Assembly: GCF_001194135.2 (NCBI RefSeq)
Contig: NC_068992.1
Location: forward strand, 43,248,728 to 43,281,785
Source: Octopus bimaculoides
Lineage: Eukaryota
Direction: 5' to 3'
DNA: 33,058 nucleotides
Position 1 is the stretch's first letter. Each line of letters starts with the position of its first letter. The translations under genes and the position numbers were made by a program. Shown here in pieces: positions 1 through 11,418 of this stretch. The notes beneath the pieces were generated by a model. The model did not search any database and was not told the origin of the DNA. It was given only the letters and a program-made list of their open reading frames with translations.

Positions 1-273
1 CCTCGTATGTCTCCACTGTCCTGTTTTTGTTCCCAACTTTGACCCTCTATAAATCCAAAATTTTATTTTGGTACTTATGGGAGCAAGTGCCTTTGAAGAC
101 CCATATTGTCGTTCAATACTCGAGATGAGGAGTAGAAGGACAGCCGACAACCGATGAAGGGTCGTTCTTTGTGTTACTTGACCTGTTTCCATTTGTTTCC
201 TTATTTGCGTATCGAACTCATTTATTTTCGTATTTCATGTTGTTTACTGTTGGTGACGTCCTATACCCATATT

Positions 274-276
<3 letters not shown>
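1..276 (+). mobile_element. Interspersed repeat (family A), partial; possibly a Penelope-like pLTR derivative
   Basis: Homologous in opposite orientation to 30115-30465 (gggagcaa...ttgtcg...cagccgacaaccgatgaaggg...gacgtcctataccca); ends in an (AT)n tract. Confidence 0.7.

Positions 277-366
<90 letters not shown>
277..366. repeat. (AT)n microsatellite, followed by degenerate AT/GT repeats to about 501
   Basis: Directly visible. Confidence 0.98.
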
Positions 367-371
<5 letters not shown>

Positions 372-514
372 CATGTATGTATATGTATATATGTATGCAT
401 TTATATGTATATTATTTGTATATATATATATATATATATGCATGTTTGTGTATATGTATGCATATATATGTATATTATTTGTGTATGTATATATATATAT
501 ATCAAAACCTAGCT

Positions 515-635
515 AAAATTCTTCCTGGGCTTGTGACTCATAAGGCTGGTTTCCTACATTACGTGAGTTGAGAGAGATTTAGTTGCTATTTCTACGGGAA
601 TGAGCAACGACATAGAATCTTCTTCATTGACATCA
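515..635. mobile_element. Decayed SINE-like repeat fragment
   Basis: Motifs ggctggtttcc and gagagatttagttgctatttcta resemble a recalled common octopus repeat; recall only. Confidence 0.35.
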
Positions 636-669
636 ATTCGAAGTAGAACTTGTTAATGGATTGTCATTA

Positions 670-905
670 TGCTCTCTATCTATCTACTTCTTTGTTCCTC
701 TCTCTCTCAGACACATTTTGTTTCTTACTCTATCTCTCGCTCTATCTCTCACTCTCTCTCTCTCTCTTAATCCCTATCTATCTGTCAATGTATTTATCTA
801 TATATCTGACTGTCTATCACTCAGTCTCTCTATCTATGTCTCTGTTTATTTATATGTCTATATGTCTATTTATCAATCATCCTGCCTATGTATCAATTCA
901 TCTCT
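670..905. repeat. Degenerate (CT)n/(TCTA)n simple-sequence region
   Basis: Directly visible; a similar tract lies at 32580-32760. Confidence 0.85.
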
Positions 906-984
906 GCCAAATAACTTACGTTATACTACAGTACATTAAATTCAACTTCGTCAATTGTATACCATATAGATTAAACGTAATGGA

Positions 985-1227
985 ACTCGTTCGAGAAGAA
1001 AATATTCAAGTTATAACATGTCGAAGCGTCTTGGGAGCAATTTCATCTACACAAGTTAAATAACAGGAATTATTAGAAAACATAACTCAGTAGTGTCATC
1101 TGGAATAATTCCAGGAACGATTATTTCTACCATAATTAGAAAGACAAGTAAACAGAAAACCAAAGAGAAAAACAAAGCAGCTCACACGTAGGCAACAAAC
1201 AAAAACATCTTTATTATCATCCTAATT
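985..1227 (+). mobile_element. Interspersed repeat (family B), copy 1
   Basis: Colinear and diverged relative to 2455-2672 (gtcttgggagcaatttcatctacacaagttaaa vs gtcttgggaactattttatctgcacaacttaaa; both end atcctaattta). Confidence 0.8.
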
Positions 1228-1387
1228 TATATGTGTGTGCGTGTGTGTGTGTGTGTGTGCGTGTGTGTGTGTATAAATGTATGTATGTATGTATGTATGT
1301 ATGTATGTATATATATNNNNNNNNNNNNNNNNNNNNNNNNNNNNNNNNNNNNNNNNNNNNNNNNNNNNNNNNNNNNNNNNNNNNNNN

Positions 1388-1420
<33 letters not shown>
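1228..1420. repeat. (GT)n/(GTAT)n/(AT)n compound microsatellite spanning gap 1317-1387
   Basis: Directly visible. Confidence 0.95.
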
Positions 1421-1424
<4 letters not shown>

Positions 1425-1631
1425 CATATATATGCATTTGTATATACGACGTCTGATCAATAAGTATCCGAACTGTTGCCATAGTAAAGAAGCTAAAACA
1501 CGGAGAGTGAAGCCGCTTGGCAAAGATTGACCATGACCTCTGGTGTTTTACGTTTTAACGTTCTAGCTCACTACCACTGCTTACAACAGGGCTCGGGAGG
1601 AAGTTGTGTTGAGTGTGATCGTTGCATTGAC

Positions 1632-1960
1632 CATGACAGAAAAATTTATGATGCAAATACCTGCTTAGAGGCCTACGCAATGTTGCAGAAACTGTACGCG
1701 AGTGGTTCAGATGTTTCCAAAATGGCCGAAAAATGTCGATATTGGACTGTGAAAAATATCGAAGATGTGAGTTATCAGAGGATGTGCAGGTTAGTTACGG
1801 TTCAGTTCAGTCCATTATCCATGAAGATTTGGATTTGATTCGCGTGCCTGCTAGGTTTGTTCCATATATACTTTCAGCTGACCAAAACGACACTCGGGTT
1901 CCAGTTTCACAAGATCTCTTTGATTGTGTTGAGAACGATGAAAACTGTTTAAAAACTTAG
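1632..1960 (+). pseudogene. Decayed mariner transposase, N-terminal/HTH region with internal deletions
   Basis: MTEK start at about 1632, then LEAYAMLQKLY, then ELSEDVQVSYGSVQSIIHEDLDLIRVPARFVPYILSADQNDTRVPVSQDL (mariner second HTH plus WVPHEL-equivalent linker); frameshifted. Confidence 0.9.
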
Positions 1961-2095
1961 CGTAGTCCTCTTGAGCAGGTATTGGCAAACTTTTGATTGA
2001 CGGAAGACGGAAGATACGAGAATATTTATTAATCACCACAATAATTTCGGCTCAACTGGGTATATACCATACGTTTTATTGTTTGATATACATGC

Positions 2096-2135
<40 letters not shown>
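2096..2135. repeat. (GATA)n microsatellite next to a gap
   Basis: Directly visible. Confidence 0.97.
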
Positions 2136-2339
2136 NNNNNNNNNNNNNNNNNNNNNNNNNNNNNNNNNNNNNNNNNNNNNNNNNNNNNNNNNNNNNNNNN
2201 NNNNNNNNNNNNNNNNNNNNNNNNNNNNNNNNNNNATCTGTGTGTGTATGTGCATGCATCTGTGCACATGTGTGCGTGTGTGTATGTGTCTTGCATTGAA
2301 TACTCGGTTGTTGTATTACTTAAAAGTCATGGGATAACT

Positions 2340-2672
2340 TTCAGGAGAACATGAGAAACCATACTAGTTTTAATATGACGGCGATATATTTGGACCAGTG
2401 ACCAAATATAGCCGAATATATAAATAAAGATTCTTTCTCTCAGGAATTCGGACAAAAATTTCCATGTGTCTTGGGAACTATTTTATCTGCACAACTTAAA
2501 CAACGAAAATTATTACAAAATATTACTCAGCAATGTCATTTGGAAAATTTCCAGAAATAATTATTTCTGTCAAAATTAGGAATATAAATGAAGACCAAAC
2601 AAAAGAAAACAAAGCCTCTTGGAAGCAGGAAACAGACAAAAACATCGTCTTTCTTAAAGATCCTAATTTATG
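2340..2672 (+). mobile_element. Interspersed repeat (family B), copy 2, with an upstream hairpin resembling a degenerate hammerhead helix II
   Basis: Homology to 985-1227; ATGA-CGGC..ATATTTGG/CCAAATAT..GCCG-AATATATA at 2375-2422. Confidence 0.7.
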
Positions 2673-2863
2673 CGTCTATTTTAACATTAGTAAAAGCAAT
2701 ACAAACAACATCATCACAAACTATTTCAAATTTGATTCGTGTGTGTATGTGCGTGTACATATGTGTGTATTATTTATGTATGTGTGCATGTATGTATATA
2801 TGTGTATGTATGGATATGTGTATATATGTACATGTGTATATGTATATGTCTGTATAAGTATGA

Positions 2864-2894
<31 letters not shown>

Positions 2895-3073
2895 CACACA
2901 CACACACNNNNNNNNNNNNNNNNNNNNNNNNNNNNNNNNNNNNNNNNNNNNNNNNNNNNNNNNNNNNNNNNNNNNNNNNNNNNNNNNNNNNNNNNNNNNN
3001 NNNNNNNNNNNNNNNNNNNNNNNNNNNNNNNNNNNNNNNNNNNNNNNNNNNNNNNNNNNNNNNNNNNNNNNNN

Positions 3074-3104
<31 letters not shown>

Positions 3105-3737
3105 CACACGCATGTATGTCTGCGGACATAGGTGTGTTTGTGTATATATACTTATAGATAGAGACACGGTGACAGCAGACAGACCAACGGACTACCAGAT
3201 AGCTAGATAGATAGATAGATAGATAGGTATCTGTAAACATTGAGCATTCAAATTTGAGTTGCTTGTTGTTAATCATAGTTCTGCGTTTCCGATTTTCAAG
3301 CGACTGCTCTAGACTCAGTTTTAATTAGTAAAGAAATAATATTCCACGTTGTCTTTCAGTATTCAAATTCCTTTATTTTACCTTCTTACTAGTGTGATAG
3401 AAACCAACATGTAATTTATGCAGTGAGCAAAAGAGCGTGTTCATGTGTGATTGTGTTTGTATCCATAAAGTTGTTAACGTTTGTGATACGTGTACAAATA
3501 CACCGCTGTGGGCATTAAGATCTAAAGGTCACATCTAAAGCGGGAAACCGAAAATATTAGAAGCGTACAAAAAGTAGATATATGAGAACGTACATGAATC
3601 TATCTACTTATAATGTCACTGTCTTAAACTTGAAACTATCTTAATATATGTGAGATTTTTAGTTGGTTTCTCACAGATTTATTTAGGACGTCGTATCCAG
3701 TAAACTACGTTTAATGTTGTTGTTCTGGTAGTTTCAG

Positions 3738-3847
3738 GACCGAAAGCACATACCGGATGATCATCACAATGTTTCTAGTATATTTATGTACTATCAATCC
3801 ACGATGCAGCCAGCTCATCTTGACTGTAAAGTCCAGCGACGATAAAG
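3738..3847 (+). other. Candidate exon (hydrophobic N-terminus-like peptide)
   Basis: Acceptor gtagtttcag at 3737 (alternative tttctcacag at 3676); ATG at 3757 reads MIITMFLVYLCTINPRCSQLILTVKSSDDK; donor AAAG|gtaaat; no recognised homolog. Confidence 0.25.
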
Positions 3848-4677
3848 GTAAATGTTGTATTTAATGATGCTAAGTTGGTGAAACTTATAACGTCGCATAT
3901 ATTAGCGCTATTAAACGAAATAGTTTTCACACGAAAGGAAACGTCTTCATCAGATCTGCCAACCCGAGGGAAGTCTTGTGCTTGAACCCACATAATAATT
4001 TATATACTACCTATTGGACAACGTATTTATCATAAAAAGAAAACATCATAAATTTCACATATAATTCAAACTTTCAACATCTGTTTCATTACGGTAAACA
4101 GCGTCAAGTGTATAATTATCTATGTGTTGTAAATTTTAGCAAAGCAAAGCTTTACATAGCAATATTTTAAAGACCGACAGATAGAATTCTCCTATGTTGA
4201 GTTAGTTAGATATTTTTTACTTTATGTTCTAATAATGCTATTAAGCCCACTAATCACTATATTACTCCACAAATGTAGGCTTGCAATATCCCGCATATGA
4301 ATATAAATTTTAATTAGTAATTTGTTACAAACTAATCCGATCATAGGTATCACTGAGTGTATTAAGTTACATCAACAATCAATGTCAAATATTCCATCAT
4401 TTGCCTCGTTATTGATATCACAAATCCTGTGAACTAATGCTATATATATTTCTAAACAGCATTATTATTTAGGATGTTTATGATATTGTATATACCGTAA
4501 ATATTTTAATCTACTTAGGCAATATTATCCCTTGTTTCTGTATTTTTAAAGTGTATTGAGATTCTTCAAATTAGGTTTGAATTTGAAGAATTTGCTAGGG
4601 AGAGAATACATAATGGTCTGATCTTTGTCCGTGTTTTTTTTTGTTTTTTTTTTAGTTATGGCCACTACTTATACTAA

Positions 4678-4950
4678 AGCTTCACGAGGCTCCGGCAGGG
4701 GTGGTGGCAAACCTTGCTGTATTCTTTTACCACAACTTTCTCTCACTCTTACTTCCTGATTCTCTTGTGCCTGTATTTCAAAGGACCATCCTTGTCACAC
4801 TCTGTGTCATGCTGAATCTCCCCAAGAACTACATTAAGGGTACACGTGTCTGTGGACTGCTCAGCCACTTGCACGTTAATTTCACGAGCAGGCTGTTCCA
4901 TTAATCGGTTCAACTGCAGCCCTCCTCGTCGTAACTGACGGAGTGCCACG
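4678..4950. mobile_element. Retroposon-derived interspersed repeat (GC-richer, near full length)
   Basis: ttcacgaggctccggcaggggtggtggc...aagggtacacgtgtctgtgga...gacggagtgccac matches a recalled abundant octopus repeat; an A-run follows. Confidence 0.6.
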
Positions 4951-5051
4951 AAAAAAAAATTGCTTGAAGTAGAAGCGAATCACGATCGAAGCTTACTTCA
5001 ATGATAAAGCAACAAGTGAATGTTGTTCAGGATATGAACAGATAAAATTTT

Positions 5052-5400
5052 GGCCGTGGCGTTAAGAAGCTCGAATGCGACCATGAGGCTTCGGTTTCAG
5101 TTCCACTGTGCGACACACTGTTCTTTCACTACGGCAATAAACTGACGTGTAAGTGAATTTAGATGAAATAAACTGTATGTGCGTGTGTGTGCTTAGACTT
5201 GTACTCCCAGCACTTGACGGTCAGTGTTGGTTTGTTTATGTTCCCGTAACTTAATATTTCAGCAAAAGAAAACAAGACGGTAGAATTATTAACAAACTTA
5301 ACGTAAAATAGATACTGGGGCTAATTTCTTCAACTGAAACTCTTTCAAGACGTTGCTCCAGCACGGCCGCAGACCAGTGGCTGATACAAGTAAAAGATAA
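5052..5400 (+). mobile_element. tRNA-derived SINE (main family), decayed
   Basis: Head tggccgtggcgttaagaagct...ggtttcagttccactg, central (GT)n, 3' body gctccagcacggccgcag...acaagtaaaagataa; aligns with 16660-17088. Confidence 0.8.
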
Positions 5401-5598
5401 AAAAGGATGTTCATTATGTGATTGACTTTGATCGTAATTTTGTCCGCTGGATCTGCTTTGTCCAAGGGCTACACGGCAACAACGACGACGATGACTACCA
5501 CATTGACGCTATATATGAAAGACATTGATAAAATACCTAGATATAAATATGGATGACCAGCCTTGTAATTATTCCCATCGACATTCTTTCTTTTCCAT

Positions 5599-5618
5599 AT
5601 AATAATAATAATAATAAT

Positions 5619-5664
<46 letters not shown>

Positions 5665-5739
5665 TGGCTGCTTTGCCGGTTGCTAAGATAAACAATTTTA
5701 TTTTCTATTAATTTCCAGTTGCCGTAGTTGCTGTTATTA

Positions 5740-5781
<42 letters not shown>

Positions 5782-5808
5782 ATTATTATTATTATTATTA
5801 TTATTATA
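5599..5808. repeat. (AAT)n tract (5599-5661) and (TTA)n tract (5734-5808) in inverted orientation
   Basis: Directly visible. Confidence 0.95.
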
Positions 5809-6394
5809 TGAAGGCATTGCAGAGAGCTAAAATTACATATAATTACATATTGCATACACCTGAGACAAACGCATTGGCGAACTATGGATGACTGTAGTCT
5901 TTGATCTTGACCAAACGGCTGAGTAGCGATTAACTTGGGAATAAGCGGAATAGAAATACGAATTAATAAATAACTAAGCAAATATATATATAACAAAATA
6001 TTCTGGAATTCAATTATACAATTCTACTTATTCTATTATTCTTTCTACTTTGTGTTATAGAATATTATTTTCATCATTTCAAACTGACAGAACAATCTAA
6101 TGCTATTCTCACCTCTGTGTATTTAATTATATCTATGTTTGTTGTAAATCTTGCAAAATTTTCCATTCCACGATTCGGAAATTTTTGGCACAGATTATTA
6201 TTATTATTATATATATATATCTGTATGAATGTATGTATATACGTGTATGTTTGTGTATGTTTGTGTGTGTATGTGTGTTTGTGTATGTTTGTAAGTGTAT
6301 GTGTGTGCGTGTATGTGTATGTGTGTGTGCTTTGGGAGACATACATCTGCGTTAGTCTAGCTGTCTATCTATATATGTTTTTTTTTCATATCTT

Positions 6395-6610
6395 TCTTGT
6401 AATTTGCTTGTCATTGCACTGCGGACATGCTGGGACAACTCCTTGACGGGATTTAGCCCAACGAATCGATCCTAGCGTTTATTACCTACAGATTGGTACG
6501 TATTCTGTCGGTGACTTTTCCTGAAGCACAAAGTTAAGAGGACGTAAACAAATCAACCCCGTTTGTCGAGACGATGTGGAGGGACATACAGAATACAGAA
6601 ACAACACCCC
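6395..6610 (-). mobile_element. SINE 3' half, decayed
   Basis: gtcattgcactgcggacatgctgg...aacgaatcgatcc...ggacgtaaacaaatcaac is the reverse complement of the SINE body. Confidence 0.7.
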
Positions 6611-6690
6611 GCCCTCATATATGTATACATATGTGTACACACACATATGTCCGTGTTTGTGTATGTATATGCTAGTATGTGTGTGTTTAT

Positions 6691-6747
<57 letters not shown>

Positions 6748-7989
6748 NNNNNNNNNNNNNNNNNNNNNNNNNNNNNNNNNNNNNNNNNNNNNNNNNNNNN
6801 NNNNNNNNNNNNNNNNNNNNNNNNNNNNNNNNNNNNNNNNNNNNNNNNNNNNNNNNNNNNNNNNNNNNNNNNNNNNNNNNNNNNNNNNNNNNNNNNNNNN
6901 NNNNNNNNNNNNNNNNNNNNNNNNNNNNNNNNNNNNNNNNNNNNNNNNNNNNNNNNNNNNNNNNNNNNNNNNNNNNNNNNNNNNNNNNNNNNNNNNNNNN
7001 NNNNNNNNNNNNNNNNNNNNNNNNNNNNNNNNNNNNNNNNNNNNNNNNNNNNNNNNNNNNNNNNNNNNNNNNNNNNNNNNNNNNNNNNNNNNNNNNNNNN
7101 NNNNNNNNNNNNNNNNNNNNNNNNNNNNNNNNNNNNNNNNNNNNNNNNNNNNNNNNNNNNNNNNNNNNNNNNNNNNNNNNNNNNNNNNNNNNNNNNNNNN
7201 NNNNNNNNNNNNNNNNNNNNNNNNNNNNNNNNNNNNNNNNNNNNNNNNNNNNNNNNNNNNNNNNNNNNNNNNNNNNNNNNNNNNNNNNNNNNNNNNNNNN
7301 NNNNNNNNNNNNNNNNNNNNNNNNNNNNNNNNNNNNNNNNNNNNNNNNNNNNNNNNNNNNNNNNNNNNNNNNNNNNNNNNNNNNNNNNNNNNNNNNNNNN
7401 NNNNNNNNNNNNNNNNNNNNNNNNNNNNNNNNNNNNNNNNNNNNNNNNNNNNNNNNNNNNNNNNNNNNNNNNNNNNNNNNNNNNNNNNNNNNNNNNNNNN
7501 NNNNNNNNNNNNNNNNNNNNNNNNNNNNNNNNNNNNNNNNNNNNNNNNNNNNNNNNNNNNNNNNNNNNNNNNNNNNNNNNNNNNNNNNNNNNNNNNNNNN
7601 NNNNNNNNNNNNNNNNNNNNNNNNNNNNNNNNNNNNNNNNNNNNNNNNNNNNNNNNNNNNNNNNNNNNNNNNNNNNNNNNNNNNNNNNNNNNNNNNNNNN
7701 NNTATACATACATACATATATATGTACGTATGTATGTATCTATGTATAGTATACCACAAGGTGACAGCACTGGAATAGATGTTGACAATTAGATAAACCT
7801 CAAAATTTGATTGCTAATGTTCAACTTCGATATTCTCTGATCGTGCAGAGTCATGTTCCAAGACATCCTAGTCTAGGACATCTTTTAATTCACATCCAGT
7901 GTACATTTACTTTAACACACTGGAAATTGATATGAGGAGGATTTTGCTATTTTGTCTCCCAGTTTAACCGACATTTGATTGTGAATATA

Positions 7990-8064
7990 TACGAGGCGGT
8001 GCTGAAATATTCCTGGCTTTTGTGAAAAGAAAATAGAGGAAAATGTTTTAATTATGAATTTATT
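7990..8064. mobile_element. Single end of a mariner-type MITE
   Basis: TA followed by cgaggcggtgctgaaatattcctggcttt, a mariner-like TIR; no partner TIR seen in the window. Confidence 0.45.
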
Positions 8065-8105
8065 TTCATCCTTTCGGGATCGATAAAATAAGTAGCAGTT
8101 AAATA
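8064..8105 (+). mobile_element. Fragment of the second SINE family
   Basis: ttcatcctttcgggatcgataaaataagtagcagt is the reverse-complement homolog of 26135-26170. Confidence 0.6.
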
Positions 8106-10299
8106 CGTCCCTCTGGGATGTGTGTACTGAGGTTCCTTGCGAATACTACAGCTTCCTCTTCCTGACTGTTTCCAAAATTTTCTTCCTCTTCACATTTCCA
8201 CGTTGGTTTCATGCTCACTATAGGAGATACTCAGAAACATTCCTTCACTCATTGTTTCAAATAGTTTGAGTTTGGCCGTGTTGTTTCTTCTTAGAATCCT
8301 GATTACACATCTGTACTGAGCATCAGGCTAAACGAATAGGTACTATGTGGTGTATATTCTATAACAGAGATTGATTGATGGCAAAATCTCGATTGTTAAA
8401 TACAATTTTATGTATGTATGCATGTAAACTAGGGAATATATTTCTGTTTCCGAAGATTTTAAATTCTAGTAATTGAGCATTTTTTTCCTTTCTCATCATA
8501 GTTTTGCAATCTATGGATCTAGAAATAGTGAACAATTGCCCCAGTACTATAAGAATATCTTTCTGACATCCTTTTTAATTCTTTTTTCTTGTATTATTGC
8601 TAGTTTTACTCATTACCCTGTGGCCATGCCGGAGCACCACCTCTAGAAGTTGTAGCCGTTAATGTCGATGTCTATACACAAATTTGTTTGGTAAACGTGT
8701 TATCGTTCTCTATTCATCGAAGCGCTTAACTACAGCTTTAAAGAAGGAATGGTTACAACACCGATTTACGCAAACACGCACACACACCCATACACACACA
8801 CACGCTCAGACATGAAAACACTCACAATTGTATATATAAATATGTGCGCGTTTGTATATGACGGAATTCCACTCAGCTTGCATCTACCAAACTTCCCTCA
8901 CAAAACATTGGTTAAGCTAAGTTACACAAAAGACGCCTACCACAAGAAGCTCGCAGTTGATCGCATCCAGGAGAAGATTATTGGAAAGCGACCTTATTAA
9001 ATGCACAGTTATGCCTACAGAGTAGGAATCTATATAGGAATTACAACATACTTCTAAACACGTATAGTTTCGAAATTTGATTTCTTCATGAAATAATTTT
9101 GAACGAGTTCTAATTAAAATTGGACTTTGTTGTTCCACATTACTTTTGTTGTTGTTTTCGTTGTCATTTAAGAATAGGTTATCTACTATTTGATACAAGG
9201 TATTCCATCCCTAAGCAATATTATTTAATGCATCCTTTAGTTTTTAAGATAGTATTGTATGATTTGAAAGCGATTTTGCTAGTGTTTCTTGGTATTAAAC
9301 GACCATATATAAGACAGCGTTCCTTGCTTTAGAAAGAAGCCGTTAAACTGCAACGTGATATTATTATTCATAGAAATAATGGAAACACTAAAATATTTTT
9401 TTACTAAATATTAAATGCGATTCTTTCAAAAATATGATACCAGCGCCAACTTTCTGAGAATCTCAGATAAACATAGAGGAACTATAGTCTAGTGGTGGAT
9501 TGTGGGTTTTTTAAACGTAAAAGGGACGAAGTAGCAAAACAAAGTTTCTATATAACAAGTTATAATGTCTCGTAGAAAACGGTTTTAGTTTTAAAATTTG
9601 AGAAACAATAAAACTGAGAATTGATTTGAATGAATCAAAGTAGTGGCGCTTAAGTGGTCACATAGTCTTGTAAAAATAGCAGGCAACCCGTTCTCAAATT
9701 ACATTGTACTGTTTGGAGACAGGAAATAATATATTGGATAATGTAGTGCTAGATATAACCCTAATAAATACGTGATGGTCAAGGATGGAATGCCTTTGGT
9801 CATAAGATTGCTCTACTGGCACTGACAGCTAAGCCAAAACATTAGCAACATCAACAACTGGAAATTCATTCTAACTTTAGGGTAGAGAGATATACGATGG
9901 GAATTGAAACCTTTTCCGCTGGTTACCAATCACTGAACGGTCATTGACGTTTCGAATTAAGAATGTTGAACCAATTTACGCTAAGAAACTTCTTAGCAGA
10001 ACCAGGTTTCTTTTCCAAAAAGAATCATTAAATATACAGCGTTTGAAGTTTACATTTGAAGTGATACAGGCTCGAGAAGAATTTACGATTGCAACAGATC
10101 ATAGAGAATGATTCCAAATAGCTTTCATCTCTTCTTTGAGACACAATGATATTTCTTGCGTTAGGAACCAATTTTCCTTGAGATAATGTTTCAAAAATTT
10201 CATCAGCTGTTCCTCTCAAAAACAAATTCCAGGACTATTCCTGAATACACTTCTATATTGCAAGTGTTTGCTTCAAAGGTACATTATACATTATGCACC

Positions 10300-10526
10300 C
10301 ACCACAAAAAGTATTTTATTTTCTGTTGAGTGCATGTAATACAGTTGTATATTTAAGAGATAAGGAATTATGTACATTATTTGCATTGTTTACATTTGAC
10401 GGATATTTGTCCTCATCTTGTTTGTTCTTAACACAACGTTTCCGCTGATATACCCTTCAGCATTCATCAGGTGTCTAGGGGAAATTTCGAACCTGGGTTC
10501 TCATTTCTAAGGTATTTTTCGATGTA
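10300..10526 (-). mobile_element. Repeat tail bearing a hammerhead-like core
   Basis: Minus strand reads CTGATGA-a-tGCTGA agggtata TCAGC-g-GAAA-cg (plus-strand 10439-10470). Confidence 0.6.
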
Positions 10527-10582
<56 letters not shown>

Positions 10583-10591
10583 CATTATTAT
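10527..10591. repeat. (TTA)n microsatellite
   Basis: Directly visible. Confidence 0.97.
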
Positions 10592-10716
10592 TCAGTAGTT
10601 TTATTTTTATAGCGTGCTTTCACTTCACTACCGAGCGCAGCTCTGTGTGCCTTGGGTATGTGCTGTGGTTTGCTGTGAAGCTCTTATGGTTACTGTATTG
10701 AAAGTGTTTTGCGTAG
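10592..10716 (-). mobile_element. 3' end of an RLE-type non-LTR retrotransposon (R4/Dong-like), running into a gap
   Basis: Minus strand encodes ...LRKTLSIQ* then a 3' UTR with AATAAA and an (AAT)n tail; such C-termini are typical of RLE LINEs. Confidence 0.55.
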
Positions 10717-11246
10717 NNNNNNNNNNNNNNNNNNNNNNNNNNNNNNNNNNNNNNNNNNNNNNNNNNNNNNNNNNNNNNNNNNNNNNNNNNNNNNNNNNNN
10801 NNNNNNNNNNNNNNNNNNNNNNNNNNNNNNNNNNNNNNNNNNNNNNNNNNNNNNNNNNNNNNNNNNNNNNNNNNNNNNNNNNNNNNNNNNNNNNNNNNNN
10901 NNNNNNNNNNNNNNNNNNNNNNNNNNNNNNNNNNNNNNNNNNNNNNNNNNNNNNNNNNNNNNNNNNNNNNNNNNNNNNNNNNNNNNNNNNNNNNNNNNNN
11001 NNNNNNNNNNNNNNNNNNNNNNNNNNNNNNNNNNNNNNNNNNNNNNNNNNNNNNNNNNNNNNNNNNNNNNNNNNNNNNNNNNNNNNNNNNNNNNNNNNNN
11101 NNNNNNNNNNNNNNNNNNNNNNNNNNNNNNNNNNNNNNNNNNNNNNNNNNNNNNNNNNNNNNNNNNNNNNNNNNNNNNNNNNNNNNNNNNNNNNNNNNNN
11201 NNNNNNNNNNNNNNNNNNNNNNNNNNNNNNNNNNNNNNNNNNNCAT

Positions 11247-11266
11247 CATCATTATTATTATTATTA

Positions 11267-11336
<70 letters not shown>
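11247..11336. repeat. (TTA)n microsatellite
   Basis: Directly visible. Confidence 0.97.
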
Positions 11337-11341
<5 letters not shown>

Positions 11342-11418
11342 TCACTGCTTGAAATCGAACTGAGAATCTTGGGGTTAGTAGCCCGCGCTCTTAACCACTA
11401 CACCATATGCCCGTGGGT
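11337..11418 (-). mobile_element. tRNA-derived Pol III head (SINE head or tRNA pseudogene)
   Basis: Minus strand gggcatatggtgtagtggttaagagcgcgggctactaaccccaagattctcagttcgatttcaagcagtgacc: A-box TGGTGTAGTGG, B-box-like AGTTCGATT, followed by (AAT)n. Confidence 0.75.

Noticed and set aside
3925-3957. Minus-strand CTGATGA...GAAA
   Set aside because: No supporting helices; expected by chance
11337-11418. Functional tRNA gene
   Set aside because: Acceptor stem does not pair convincingly and an (AAT)n tail follows; treated as a SINE head
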